Below, one piece after another: positions 1 through 12,700 of a DNA stretch of 64,000 nt (its first letter is position 1; every line of letters begins with the position of its first letter). Origin of the DNA: Pelomyxa schiedti (Eukaryota > Protista > Evosea); the NCBI GenBank assembly GCA_020536535.1, contig JAHLWZ010000150.1, positions 1 to 64,000 on the forward strand, given 5' to 3'. The position numbers were made by a program, and so were the translations under genes. The notes beneath the pieces were generated by a model. That model was not told the origin of the DNA, did no database searches, and was given only the letters and a program-made list of their open reading frames with translations.

Positions 1-295
1 GCATGCCCGAAAAGCCACACGGCCACCACCCCTCCCCGTCCGACGGAGTCGTGGTAGTTGGTGTCGCTGCGTCCCCCATCACTGATCCAACAACACTAAA
101 ATCGTTCGCCGCTTCTCACTTCGACGTTCTAGTGAAAGCTCAACACTCTAAGTAGGCGACGCACGTCCATTTCACATACACACGGAACACCAGTAAGGGA
201 AGACGATACTGCAAGAAGAAAGGAGAAGCAGCTGAGTGACTCCTTTTTTTTTCCCAACAACTTGTCTTGTCCACCACCGTTAAGTTCACCGTGAA

Positions 296-617
296 ATGAC
301 CGACAACGACGACGTAGCTACGCCGCCCACCTCCAAGAGACCGCGGAAGCGTATAGCGGGACCGCGCTCGCAGACGCGGTCGTCGTCTTCGTCCTCGGAC
401 TCGGACTCGGACTCTTCGTCATCGTCACACCCTTACCTCTCGTCAAAACATAAACTGGCATCTTTGAAAAAAGCAAACAAGGAGTTGGCCAGAGAAAACA
501 AGGAGTTGGCCAGAGAGAACAAGGAGTTGCTGAAAAAGAACCTGGCACTGGCTAGTGAGAAAGAAGAGCTAAAAAGTTTAAATAAAACCCTTGCGACATC
601 TCTCGACGAATTGAACA
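296..617 (+). CDS. 5' part (Ser-rich plus coiled coil) of the REase-kinase gene that continues at 24646
   Basis: ATG at 296, MTDNDD...NKELARENKELARENKELLKK...LDELN; its 3' 121 bp equals 24646-24766. Confidence 0.75.
476..529 (+). repeat. 21-nt tandem repeat encoding the heptad NKELARE
   Basis: aacaaggagttggccagagaR twice plus a partial third copy. Confidence 0.9.
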
Positions 618-717
618 NNNNNNNNNNNNNNNNNNNNNNNNNNNNNNNNNNNNNNNNNNNNNNNNNNNNNNNNNNNNNNNNNNNNNNNNNNNNNNNNNNN
701 NNNNNNNNNNNNNNNNN
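618..717. other. Scaffold gap (100 N)
   Basis: Run of N. Confidence 1.
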
Positions 718-3700
718 TTCCATCTCGGGGTGATTCTTGAGCGATTCCGAGCAGTCGAGGAACGTTGTGCAACACGATGCCTCTGATGGGCCGTAATGAT
801 TGTGGAACGTGATGTCTTTTCCAAGGCAATCAAACACCTTGTGGACCAGTTCCCAGTGGAGTGACTCGCCTGCGGATATGATGGTCCGCAGTGACTTGAT
901 AGGTCTGGGGGAAGCACTTCCGCCTTGCAGTGCAACAGTTGAAATGAACTCACGAAGCATCGTTGGAACCAGAAGCAAGACAGTGACTCTGTTGTCCCTC
1001 ACCAACTGTAGGAGCTGCTCCGGATCTTGGTGAGCACCAGGAGGAGCAATCACAACACAGGAACCGGAAGCGAGAGATGCAAACACCTCGAGGGCACACC
1101 CGTCGAAGAAGAACGGTGTCTTGTGGAGGATCCTGTCTTCGGTTGTGAGTTTGTATTCGTCCCTGAGCCACATCACAAAGTTTGCCACACCGAGGTGGTG
1201 ATTCACTGCTGCCTTCGGTTTCCCTGTCGATCCAGACGTGAAGATCGCATAAACTTCTTCTGATCCTGTCTCGATGTTGTGTGGTGGGTTCGTTGTTGGG
1301 AACGATTTCCACAAGTCACCATCCTCCAAAATCGAGATCACTTGGAACGGCTGTTCAGGTGGGAGCTGTGATCTGAGTGACTTGTGTGACAGGATGACAA
1401 AGGAAACAGGTGAGATGTCTTCGAGGATCGCGGAGATTCTGTCGGGGGGTGATTCCGGGTCGATGGGAACATATGCTGCTCCCGCCTTGAGAACACCGTA
1501 AAGTGCAACGAATTGCTCGATTGACCTCTCTGCGATGATTGGGATGAACTTGCCTGGCCCAACAGCCTCGGGGTGTGTCGATTTGAGGAAGTGTGCAAGT
1601 TGGTTGGTCCTGTTGTTAAGTTCGTCATAACGCACTGTAACATTCCCCAACTGCAAAGCGGGAAAACTGGCGTGCTTTGATACGGACTCCTCGAACATGA
1701 AGTGAACTGCCTTTCTTGTTGCTTCCTCGGAGGTTTTGAAGTACTTCTCGGTGGAGTTCCAGGTAGCAAAGCGTTTTATGTCGGCATCATTGATAACCTT
1801 CAGCTGCGAGATGGGCTTGTTGGGAGTAGAAAGAACACTTCTAATTAGAGTGTCCATGTTGTTCGCCAGGCGGACTACCGTGGACTCATCAAGGATGTCC
1901 TTGGCGAACTCAAACTGGAGTTCCAGAGACCCATCTGGTTGTGGCACGGCATTGAGGGTGAGGTCGACTTTGGACATGGCAGGAGGGATGTTATAAAGAG
2001 GCTTCAGGTCCCTGATTCCCTCCATTGTGAAATTCTTCTTGTCTAAAAACTTCCAGTCATCCATCACAAACAGGACCTGAACCAGTGTGTGCATGCTCAT
2101 CCTGGTTTCGATATGGGTAGCATCCACAATCCAGTCAAGTGGTACGTCCTGTGCCTCCTGTACTGACAAAATCTTGCCTTTGACATAGTCCAGGGTTTCT
2201 TTGAAGGATTTCGATTCCTCGATGATAGTTCTGATGGGAAGCGTGTTGACGAAGAACCCAAAGAGGGATCCCACACCAGTGTAATGCCTGTTAGCTGTTG
2301 GAATCCCCACAACCATGTCACCAGTGGTGGTGTGGACTTGGTCTTGGAACCACCTTGGGCTGTGAAGGTGCAAAAGGAGGTTGAACACTGTAAGAACAGT
2401 CATGAACGGTGTTGATGTGCTTATGGTTCTGCCGAGTGATGACAAGGCTGAGAACAGTGATGGTGGGATGATGTGGATGTGGAATCCAGCTGAGTAAGTA
2501 CGGTTGTCAGTCCTTGGTCTGTCTAGGGGCAATTCGCACACTGAGTTGACACCCTCAAGCTCCTTTTTCCAGAATGACATCTGTTTCTCCTTCAGGTCGT
2601 TGGAAGGACCGAGGAGCACTTCCCTCTGCCAAATCGCAAAGTCGGCATATTGAAACGGAAGTGGTGACAGGGGGGCTGTTTCCATTTGTGCCGTGTTTGG
2701 TTTGGATTCTGCAAGGACTTGGTTGTAATTACATGACAATTCTTTGAGAAACAGAACCATTGACCACCCGTCAGTGATGATGTGATGTGCTATTATGAAG
2801 AGGACTGTTTCTTCCTCTGTGAGTCGGAAAAGGGTCAACCTCACAAGTGGACCTCTTTGAAGGTCAAATGGAATGTTCACCTCCTTCCGGAATTGCTCCG
2901 AAAGCCACTTCGCTTTTTCTTCGGCAGTGGGAATGCCCTTGTAGAGCTCCTCCGAGAATTTGATGGCAGAACCTGGATCATCAGGAGGAAGAACCAACTG
3001 GTAGCTCTCGGCCGATCCATCGTCAGTCATGAACCTTGTTCTGATGCTTTCGTGTCTCACGGCGATCGAATTAGCTGCTTTCTGCACTGCAGAGCAGTTC
3101 AGAGGCCCGATCAAGTGGATCCCTCCAAAAACGCTGTATTGAACGGAGTTGGGCTGAAGTTGGTCCAAGAAGAACAGCCTGTGCTGTGACAATGACAGCG
3201 GTGCCTTCCTCTTGCCCAATACCTTCGTGGATGCTGTAATTGGAGGATACCTCGCCTTTGTTGATGTTACTGATGAAGAAGAGGTGCTGGCAGCAACGAG
3301 AGCTGCCACGGACCGGATTGTCCTGGAGCTGAACAGCTCCACTATGCTCAAGTTCCACCCAAGGTTGTTCGCTGCAGTCAGCATCTTGAGTGCTGCAATA
3401 GAGTCACCACCCGCTTCAAAGAAGTCCTCGTCGATTGAAGATGGCGGTGCTGGCAGTGCTTCACACCACAGCTCGTGAACCTTCTTCTCCACCAGTGTAA
3501 GTGTTGAGGTGTCGAGCTTGGGTGTTGGTGTTACTGTTGTTGATATTGGAAGTGCTGTGGGTTCCTTTGGAGGATCATGAGCAGTCACACAGTTGATGAA
3601 TGTGGATTTCTTTTTAAAAAGGGCCCCACAGAGGTTGTGAGTCAATATTCCAATTCCAGGTGGTCCAAAGTCGAAGATCTCCACTGAGTCACATCCTCCA

Positions 3701-5203
3701 TTGCACGAAATGCCTGCCCTAGGGTATTTTTCAGTCACAGTTAGAGATTATTTTTTTTACTTGACAGTTTCAGGCCAGTCTATTTTGTTTTCAATTGAGT
3801 CCCTTTGGAGACGAATCACGAACGAGGCTGCATCCAGCTGGATATTGTGAGAATTAAAATAGTGGAGTTGGGAACTTATACCTGGGAGGAATCGGTGTTG
3901 GTGCTTGAGCTGATGGTTGTGCAACCGTCACTCAGAGGTGCAGCAAAGGCATACCTCTCTTTGGGATAACTTGAGATAAATTTGTTCTGCACCTCTGTTT
4001 GATAGAATGATGTATGGTAAGCTTCCTTGACAGGCAATAATTTAAATTGCTGTGGGGCCAACGTCCGAAGTTTTTCGAGAGAGTCAGGGTGCCCTACAGT
4101 GAAGCTGAGTGGGAACTTCCTTTACAGAGAAGAAAGTATGCGCACCACATACAACCGTCTGGTTTGGCGCAAGGATGATGGATGCAAAGAGCGGAGTTTC
4201 CGGGAATTCGGCATTGACTTCAGTGAGTCTCTTTTCCACAACGTTCAGTGGTCCTTTCACAAGGGACATCCACGACTTTCCCATGAGTTCTTTCCCCCAC
4301 TGCTTGTTGTGGCTCTCAAGGGTAAAAAGACAATTGCTGGCACCCACCATCATCAGGTCCACACAAAATGTACCCATTTTATCCATCGAGTCTGGAAACG
4401 AGTCAGTACAAACAAAACAAACAATCTTGAGTGTCAACAAACAAACCTGATTTTGAGATTGCAGAGGCAGGGGAGACCCCGGCCGAGTAACCCAGCGCCA
4501 CGTCGAACGACCGCGCGAACCGGCGCAGCCTCTCGTCCCCATTTGGGTCGCTGTCCTCTGCGGCAGCATCCCATAATGATGCCGCCTCTGCGCCCCCGCC
4601 GTGAGGTCGCTGTAGTGCCGCTCCTCCTGCGGGCGCGGTGGGGTCTCGTCGTTGGGTTGCCGGATCCAACGCGGCGGCGACGAAGCAAGCACATGAGTAC
4701 AGGTAGATCAGCGGCACTAGAATTACGGGAGCGCCCAGCACCGCGTTGGGGGGCCGCGTGCTACGGTCCACAATCCTGTTTCATCGTTTCGGTTAGACTC
4801 CGGTTTCCGGGAAGGGACCAAAGGAGAGAGTGAACAACACTCACCAGGAATACACGTTGTAGTAATCCACCGAAGCACCGTTCACGTGAGAGAATACTGC
4901 AGCAGTAACGTCGAGGGCGGCACACTGGCGGTCGATGAGGCCTCCCTCTCTGGCCTTGGTCGAGAATGACACGCAGACACCGCGAACCCAACCGTCAACG
5001 AGCACCTTCCACTTGGGCCGCGTGGGGCAAGGCAAAGCCTCAGCGGAGGTGGAGGTGAGCGGGGAAGAGCCGATGTTGAGATTATGGCCGCACCATAAGG
5101 CGACCTTGTCGAAGAGCCAAGTAGAGATGTCGGGGTCTTCGTTGAACCCCGCACAAACTGCAATGCGCCTCGGTCTGGCTGATAGCCGGGAGTTGGTGGC
5201 CAT
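718..5203 (-). CDS. Hybrid acyltransferase-carrier-condensation-adenylation (AT-T-C-A) NRPS-like synthetase, truncated at the gap
   Basis: ATG 5203; five frame-preserving GT-AG introns (4761-4844, 4392-4446, 4094-4145, 3838-3881, 3719-3760). AT motifs GYSAG (4478-4492), NQTVVCGHP, AYHT (4011-4022), FDFGPPGIGILTH; carrier DFFEAGGDS (3400-3411); C domain HHIITDG (2767-2787) and FFVNTLPIR; A domain YAIFTSGSTGKPK, FFDG, NHYGPSE. Confidence 0.9.
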
Positions 5204-5366
5204 GTTGTGCACCGGGGTTTGTTTTTTCAGATAAAGTACCCTTTTTGGCCTCCGGGGGCGTGACCTCTGGTTTTTCAAGGGCTTGGGGACTAAGACTTTT
5301 GACCTAAATCACACCTGTTCAATGAACATTCACCAATCAGCTCTTTTTTGGCCAATTCAAACCTCC

Positions 5367-8300
5367 TTAAATGACGAAGCCAACCTTTCTGGTGATGGAA
5401 AAGGAAAAAGTTCTTAACTTAGAATATGTGTCGCGCCGCTTGGGATCTGGCATTTTCCGTACAATTTGGAACTGTGGAAGAGTTTTTAGATTGGAGTTGA
5501 AAGTTTGTACGTTGTTTACGAACGGGAGAAGGTTGGTGGGTGGTGGTGTGGGGGAGGCAGTGTGGGGCGGGGGGGTGCCCGCGTAGACATTATGGGAGGC
5601 AGCTGTGTTTGGTTCGATATCCTCTTTGGCGGGAGTGACCTGATTGATGTTGGGGTTGTGTTGTGGCCTGAGGACCCTGGTGAATGTATATGCTGTGATG
5701 GTGATGGTGATTGTAACTGTTGGTGGTGGTGTTGGTGCTGATGTCCAGGAGGTGTACAACACTCCACTCTGGGTGGCAGAACTAGCGGCGGAAGAAATGC
5801 ATGTGGGAGGTGGTGATGATTCTGATTCGCCGGTTGTGTGCTGTGATGAGTTTGAGAGGTTGTGTTGTAGGGAGTATTTTCACAGTTGCTATTTGTGTTT
5901 GTCCTGCCGGGGGAGTTTGTATGTACATTATTTGGAGTCTGTGATGTTAGGTTCAGGATGTCCGATGCATCGGGGAATGTACATATTGCACAAACTGAAG
6001 TGTGGCAAGTCCGGGCTGATGACATGGACCTGCCCATGTGCAGCAGCAATAATTTACACTCGGAGCAAACTTGGACTTTCCGGTCGTACAAGGGGGGTCT
6101 TCTGTTCGCGGAGATGAATAATGAGATGGGAATAGGAAATTGCTTGGATTCCTCACGTTAGCAAGAAGTTGCGTGCTCTTCTTTTTTTGCTAATAAGCAA
6201 TCTGATGTCTTCTTGGTACTGTGCCTGCTTGTTGTGGTTGCTGCGCATCCTGAACAAGGTTAAAAAAGACAACCTTGTTGGATAAAAGGAGATGGATACT
6301 TGTCCATTCGGCATTCTATTTGATACTGCACCAGACTCATTTTAGGGGATGAACTCTCCTAAAATGTTTGGCGATTTATCGAATGGAAAAACTCATCTTG
6401 GAACCTCGATACAGGGTTTCGTCTCAATGGTGTGGCATTGTCTTTTGCACCGTTCCACTTCACGCTGCTGTTGAATAATTTTAGATTCGTTCAGGCGTTC
6501 ACCGGGCAATGGCACTTTTACCTTTCTTTCTGTGTCAGCGACAATTAAAAGGGTGGTGGCTAATTACTTGTATTGGATCTTCATAGAGTGCGGTGCCCAT
6601 TTGTACCTTGTTGAAAGTTAGTTTGCACAAATAACCAACAAGAGGTTGGTGACACAGTGGGTTCGATGTCAGGGTGTTCCTCATTTGTTTCCTCCTCCTC
6701 ATTCCCCCAGCTGGCAATCAAATTAATTTAGTTGAAGTCTAGTGTAGAACCATAGTATGCTTACAAGCAAGGCTCGGAGCTAAAGTTTATTGCTGTCTCA
6801 ACCCATTCCTCTAAGTGACTATGTATCTTCAAGTTAGTTCTAAATAAAAACTTAAAAATGCTGCACTCAACTGTTCCCTCGCTTCTAACTCTGAATCTGG
6901 TGAAGCCGGCGGAGAAATTGGAAGTTCCTCAAGTTGCTGTGCAGGGGGACCCTCACCTGGGAGCGATTTTGATGGCGAATCCAATACAGGTTTTCCGGTA
7001 GAGATTTCTAGCCCTGGAGGTGAAAACCCATTTGTGGGGATTGTGGCCACAGGAGCTTGCCTTAATGCAGTCCCTTCTGGCGACACGTTACTATCAAGAG
7101 GTGTCTGTGTATAACATAGATTGGCTTCAACCTTTCCAATTGATGAGTAATTGGGGAAATATGAAAAACTACTCACTCCAACACCCAGTTTGAGGCGTAT
7201 GCTACCTCCTTGTGAATAGCACTCTTTGCATAAAGGCTCCAATTTGAGTTGATCCGTTTCAACAAGATTTCGAGGAGTTCCCAAAGTTTCTAAGTCCAAC
7301 TTTTCACCGCAGGTGGTGCAGGTGAAACAGGTACGATGCCATGCTCTGCCAAGAGCCTGAATTTTATCAAGTACAGTAACTAGGCCTCCGCACTTAGCAC
7401 AGCTGTGTGTCCGAGGAGTGAGAATGTGAGGAGTAGAGCAAGGTGATGCAAGTTTAGGACTGGTGCTTGTAGGAGATAGGGATGGGGAAGGGGGTGCAAT
7501 GTCTAAGTTCGGGGAACTGGGCTGGTTTGTTACAAGTTGCCGCACTCTGTGAACATGTTTCTCCCGCTCAGTTTTAGCCCAGGATTCTGCTTCTTCTTGC
7601 TGTTGGAAGAGTTGCTCTTCATCTTCAAAGTCTTGCCCAGCAAGGACAGGTTCCCTTGAGATCTTGGGAAAAAAGGGAACGCACAGGGGTATTTCATAAG
7701 GAGTACCTGTTGCAACGTAGCTCTTTTTGTGAAGTGTGAGCATGAAGAGACGAAGTGTATAAAGCTTAATTCCTTTGCTAAATCACACCCAGACAATACA
7801 AAGGCGTTTTCAACATCTTTTACATTCTGAAGGGTTTTTAGTTATAAGGAACTCCAGAATAATATCTACCAAGCAACAGTAAGAACTTATGCGCTGGATC
7901 GCCAAGGAAGTCTGTACTGGTGATAGAATTCCATCCCCATCAGAATCCCTGAATGAGTAAGATGTCAAACCAACAGTTACATAAAGAGTAGTAGGCACTA
8001 CAGGCTTATGAAGACATCCTTGATAAAGTTGAATTGTTGTGCATCAAAGCAGAGCCTTGACGTGGCTATGCATTGAAGTGTACAAGTAATTTCCGCTTCT
8101 GTAGTGAAGGGAATAAGTTTATTCAGTGACCCATGAGTTAGAGCTGCAAAACAAAACATGAACCCAATGAAGTCTAGATACTGAGGAAACTGTGAGACAA
8201 ATTAAGGAACAGGTGACATACACCATATCCAAGCATTTTCGATAAGGTTGATAATTTGCTTTGTAAATTGGTATCAAGGCGGGGAATCACTTTCGCCACT

Positions 8301-9416
8301 GCCTCAGGAAAGCTCTTCCTGGGGATTTGATTTTTGCCGGTTATATCCAAGAACTTTTTCTATTGGTACGGAAACACTATCAGATCCAAATGTGTAGCTA
8401 AGTGCGCAGATACTTTGATTCCAGAAATAATTTCATCAGGTAATGGGTCAGGTAAAAACTGGAACCACATTGCTTGCAATACGGCCTCATTGCTTTCAAG
8501 AAGTGAAGTCTCTTCTTCAGTAGATTGAAGCTGTTGAGGTTGCGGAGGTTGTGGGGAAAGTGTTGTATTTTCTATCTTCAAATAAGTCACAAAGGAATGA
8601 AATCAGGATAAAAACCGTAGAAAGGGATTGGCGATGGAGGGTTTACTGGTGACCGTGATCTGCCAGAAGATGCCAAGCAAAAAGCATACAGGATTGCAAC
8701 AAACGGGATGCTACATATCCTCAGAAAGAAGAGAAATACAGTGGAGTAGAAAAGATTCTTTCTAACCTTCCGTTTTTGTCAACCCACAAGGTACGAGTGA
8801 AAAGGGAAATAACAGATTGTGAATTTGTTGGAGTGTGTTGAAACAGTGACTTTGCAAGCTCCGTTTCATCACTCTTTGGAATAGTGGAATCTATTTTGAG
8901 TCGGTTGGGGAGAGTGTTCTGTCTGTTCACTGCATACCAGCATGTGAAAATTGATCAAAAGTGTTAGATAGTGAGTATGATTCCACTGAACTCAAACTAC
9001 GTTGCTCATCAGGGGGTGTGTAGTTCACATCAGGCCTCATATATAATTTACTCAGATATTTATCTAGTGATTCATAAGCTCTCATAACGAGAGCTAGGCT
9101 GAATTTCCCTGAAAAGAGCCTTTATGAGAGTGGCAGCGGGTGTAGAGTTATGGGACAACACCTCTGGATCTGTGCCCAGAGTGTTTCGTGAGCAAGTTGG
9201 CGGCAACTTGCGTGTCAATGCATGGGTGATTACGTGCCAATGATTGTATTATACAAACGCCCTCTTCTTCTGTTACCTTCCCATCATTGTCTTTTTGTTG
9301 TTTTGAATAAACACAACAAAAAAAGTGAGAATGACATAATCGACTGGCGTAGGTGCTTCACCTCTATCATACACCCGAAACACCGTGGGCAAGTTGTCTG
9401 CTGAACAGTACAGCAT
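5367..9416 (-). CDS. Multi-exon LIM-domain protein with an EF-hand-like motif and a Pro/Thr-rich tail (boundaries approximate)
   Basis: LIM CAKCGG...WHRTCFTCTTC...CKECY in ORF 6829-7743; EF-hand-like DSDGDGILS near 7920-7950; plausible splice junctions continue the frame past 6829 towards 5400. Confidence 0.55.
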
Positions 9417-9741
9417 TCTCAACAAACTTCCAGTTCCGAGAACTTGATGTACTAGCAGAGTGATCAGGAGCAGATTCGAAATTGCGTTCAAAGCGACGAA
9501 GGTGCGGGGCAGATCTACGCAGTAATGAGGAAACGAGGCGGAGGGCGAAATAGCAAGCACTTGGACGACCAGATACGGGCCGCTATGTTTCTAAATGTTC
9601 ACTTTTGTTAAAACAAAACCAACTGGAAAAAATCCTCATATTGCTTTTGCTGTGCAGTTTGCTTTCCTTCTACCTCTGGTTTTTGGTGTATTGTTTGTAT
9701 TTTGAAGTTACGTAAAAAAAAAATGACGGCTGGAATTCCAG

Positions 9742-12700
9742 GCGGATGACGAAGAGGACATTCGGCCTCAACCAACTTGGAAGGCACGGCGCGGGCGACG
9801 ACCTGCAGTGGCACAACCACCTTCTGCGGCTACAAACAAGAATCTTTCAGGAGTCAAATCGAAACCAACAGATGCACCCAATTCGCGCAGTTCGCCCGAT
9901 TCCAGAATCCCGCCGACAGATGCCATCCACAGTCCTGAGGCTATTCAGATGAAACTATTTCTTCTCAATAAGGACTTGGCTAAACTGAACGGGAGGAAGT
10001 CCTCTCCCACGTCACCACAGCAACTGCTGGAGACAGCTCAGCAGCGTCATTCGTTGCAACAAGAAAAACGACAAATGCAAAGGACACTGAAACAAAATGG
10101 TGGGAAGAACACAGCCGCCCCTCAACCTGTTGGCAACTGTACTGCCCATTGTGCCCCAACCCCTCTTTCACAAAATCGCCCCCAAAGGGGTGTCAGGGAA
10201 CCAGAAGAGATTCATGCCCAAACCAATCTCGGAGCCACTTCACGACAGCCCCAACATCAAAGTCGCGGCAAGGTAGGCAGACCTGTTCGGAACTTGCCTC
10301 CACAAAAAGTAGCATCTGAGACAGAAGAAGATTCGGAGGCGGAGGAGGAAGAGGAAGTGGAAGATGAAGAGACCGAGGAAGATGAAGAAGTAGAGGATAA
10401 TGAAACAGAAGAAGAAGAGGAGGAGGAAGAAGAAGAAAGTAATGAAGATGAGGATGAAGACGAGGATGAGGAGGCATCGGAAGAGAGTGAGGATGAGGAG
10501 GAAAAAGAGGCTGGGGAAGACGATGAAGATGAAGAAAAAGCTGAGGATGAAGATGAAGATGAGGAAGAGGAGGCCAACTCTAATGAAGAAGGAGAGGAAG
10601 ACAATGACCAAGAAGATTCTGAGAAGACTGGAGTAAATCCGGCTGTAATAAAACGTCAGCAAGAACTTCGAATGCAGAAAGCACGTGCAAAGGCAGCAAA
10701 GGAACCAAGATGGAAGCACCCAGCCTTCATGCAATTAAGAGATATTGTGCCACAATCCGTTGTAGGGAAAAAATTTCACCCAATTTATCACGTCAGCAAT
10801 GGTACCTGAGATTACCAAAATTACACCTCTAAGAAACAACAGGAAAGCGATATGTGGAACCCTATTGGAGCATTTCTGTTTGGTATACACCTTCCCCTCA
10901 ACCTGCTGAAACGTTGATGACTTTTTTGATGAAGCACGGGCCGCAATATGCAAGCAAACTAGAAGAGATGGTACCCAAACACCTTTGACAACCACTTCAT
11001 TAACAAGTTGTTAAGGCGTTCTGTTTGAAGAACGGGCTTGTCACAGTTCAAGGGAAAACAGCTGTTAATCCAGAACTTATCGTAAAACAAAATCAGCAAA
11101 TTTCATGCTTGTAAGACACCACCACGCTGATTTCAAAAAGTAAACTACAACAGCTATCACATGCATGAACCGCCAACAACTGATCAACTACCTCACATAA
11201 TTGGGGAAACAAAGGAGTTGCTTGCAATTTACAAACCGGCATCTCTTATTGTACGCTCCAGAAACCTCTTTTATATTACCAGTTCTAAACCTGCCTTCAC
11301 AGATGCACCCAATTGGCGCATGGCACTTCAACACATTTCTTGGAATTACCAACAATGTTTTGGGATACCCAAAAGCCACTCGTGTGTAACCTTAAAGGGA
11401 AAAAACCTGTGTACTTAGGTGTGTGCAGTACTTCACAGGTTGGATCGAGTTACGTCAGGAGTTTGTATAGTTGCCAAGGATCGTGACAGTTCCGCAATTA
11501 CAAAACATCTGCGCCTGATAGCCGACCATAAGTTTCGCAAGTACTACCTTGCTCGGTGCAAAGGCCACTTCCTCTGGTATACCACTGTCCATTACCACAA
11601 CCCAATGTCACTAAGAGACAAAACCCAGGCACAGCCTTAAAGTGAATAAGCCTTTGGTTATGCTCTCTGACTCAAAGGGAGCTGTTTCCCTCAAGGGGGG
11701 CAAGCCCGCAGTAACTAAGTTCAAGCGTCTAAAATATTGTCCCCACAGCGATACTACACTGCTAAAGTGCAGTCTTGAAACAGGGCGCACACATCAGATT
11801 AGGATTCATTTGTCATACCTTGGTTAATAATCCACCATTTCCTTGTAACTTAACCATGTGCAGGATTTCCCATTGCGAATGACACCACATATGGAGGAAC
11901 TAGTAATTTTCTATATGAAGCTCACAGCAAAGGTGACATCGAGGACATTGATGATTATTTTTTGGAAGGTACCCTGCAAGGAAAAACCGCCGCAAAGGAA
12001 ACAGTGCGTCGTGCCAGAACGGCATTTGAAGAGTGGCAAAGGAAATATCCAATTCAAGAAACCTCAAATGAAACCAGTGGTGAACCCATCCCTCGTCCAA
12101 ATGCAGAAGCGACGGAACCAACATCGTCAGGTCCTGTAGTTGCAGAGACCTTGTCAACAAAAGCACAACCAGCAACCAACACATCAATTAACACCAGCGA
12201 AACAACTCCAGCTTGCGCAACAGCAGTAACACCCGGAAATCACCCACCAGCCGAAAAACTATCAGCCGCCAACAAATCAATTAACCCCAGTGAAACAACC
12301 CCAGCCTCCTCCACACCAGAAACAAGATCACCCGGGAATCTCCCATCTCAACAACAACAACAACCCAATGCAACTCCTGCCACTGCAGCTGCAGCAACAA
12401 CAACAACAGCGGCAAAAACAGCCGGATCACCTCACACACTGCCCTCTGGGCCAGAGAATCACAACACCCGAGAGAAAAACCGCACAAAGAAACGGCGCCG
12501 TTTCAAGAAAGGCATAGATGGAGACCCACAGGGGGATTCACCGAATTCCAGCGTGCACGTGGCCAGGTTCAACTTCCTGCACGCGGACATTGACAAGCCG
12601 TCTGTGTGCTGTGGCCACGGCCTTGCAAGGCCATGGGAAGACGGGGACGACAACAACCACACATCGCAGGACCAGTATATATTCCTGCTTGCATTCAAGT

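Larger units (their letters stand above)
1..617 (+). repeat. Duplicated assembly node that bridges the gap at 24546-24645
   Basis: 1-121 is identical to 24425-24545 (left flank of the gap) and 497-617 is identical to 24646-24766 (right flank); both overlaps are 121 bp. Confidence 0.95.

Noticed and set aside
476-538. Direct repeats as a CRISPR-like array
   Set aside because: No spacers; the repeats are in-frame coiled-coil heptads in a eukaryotic gene.
296-829. ORFs reading through the N gaps (296-733, 433-3738, 552-953, 578-829; likewise 24283-24996)
   Set aside because: They join unrelated contigs through X residues; the NRPS really stops being visible at 718.
4084-4692. Possible PAS domain upstream of the NRPS
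   Set aside because: After splicing, the segment fits the acyltransferase small subdomain, between GYSAG and AYHT.
10193-10734. Long poly-Ser, Leu/Phe-rich and Lys/Met-rich ORFs; similar ones at 31817-32359 and 57671-58989
   Set aside because: Antisense or alternative-frame shadows of low-complexity coding tracts.
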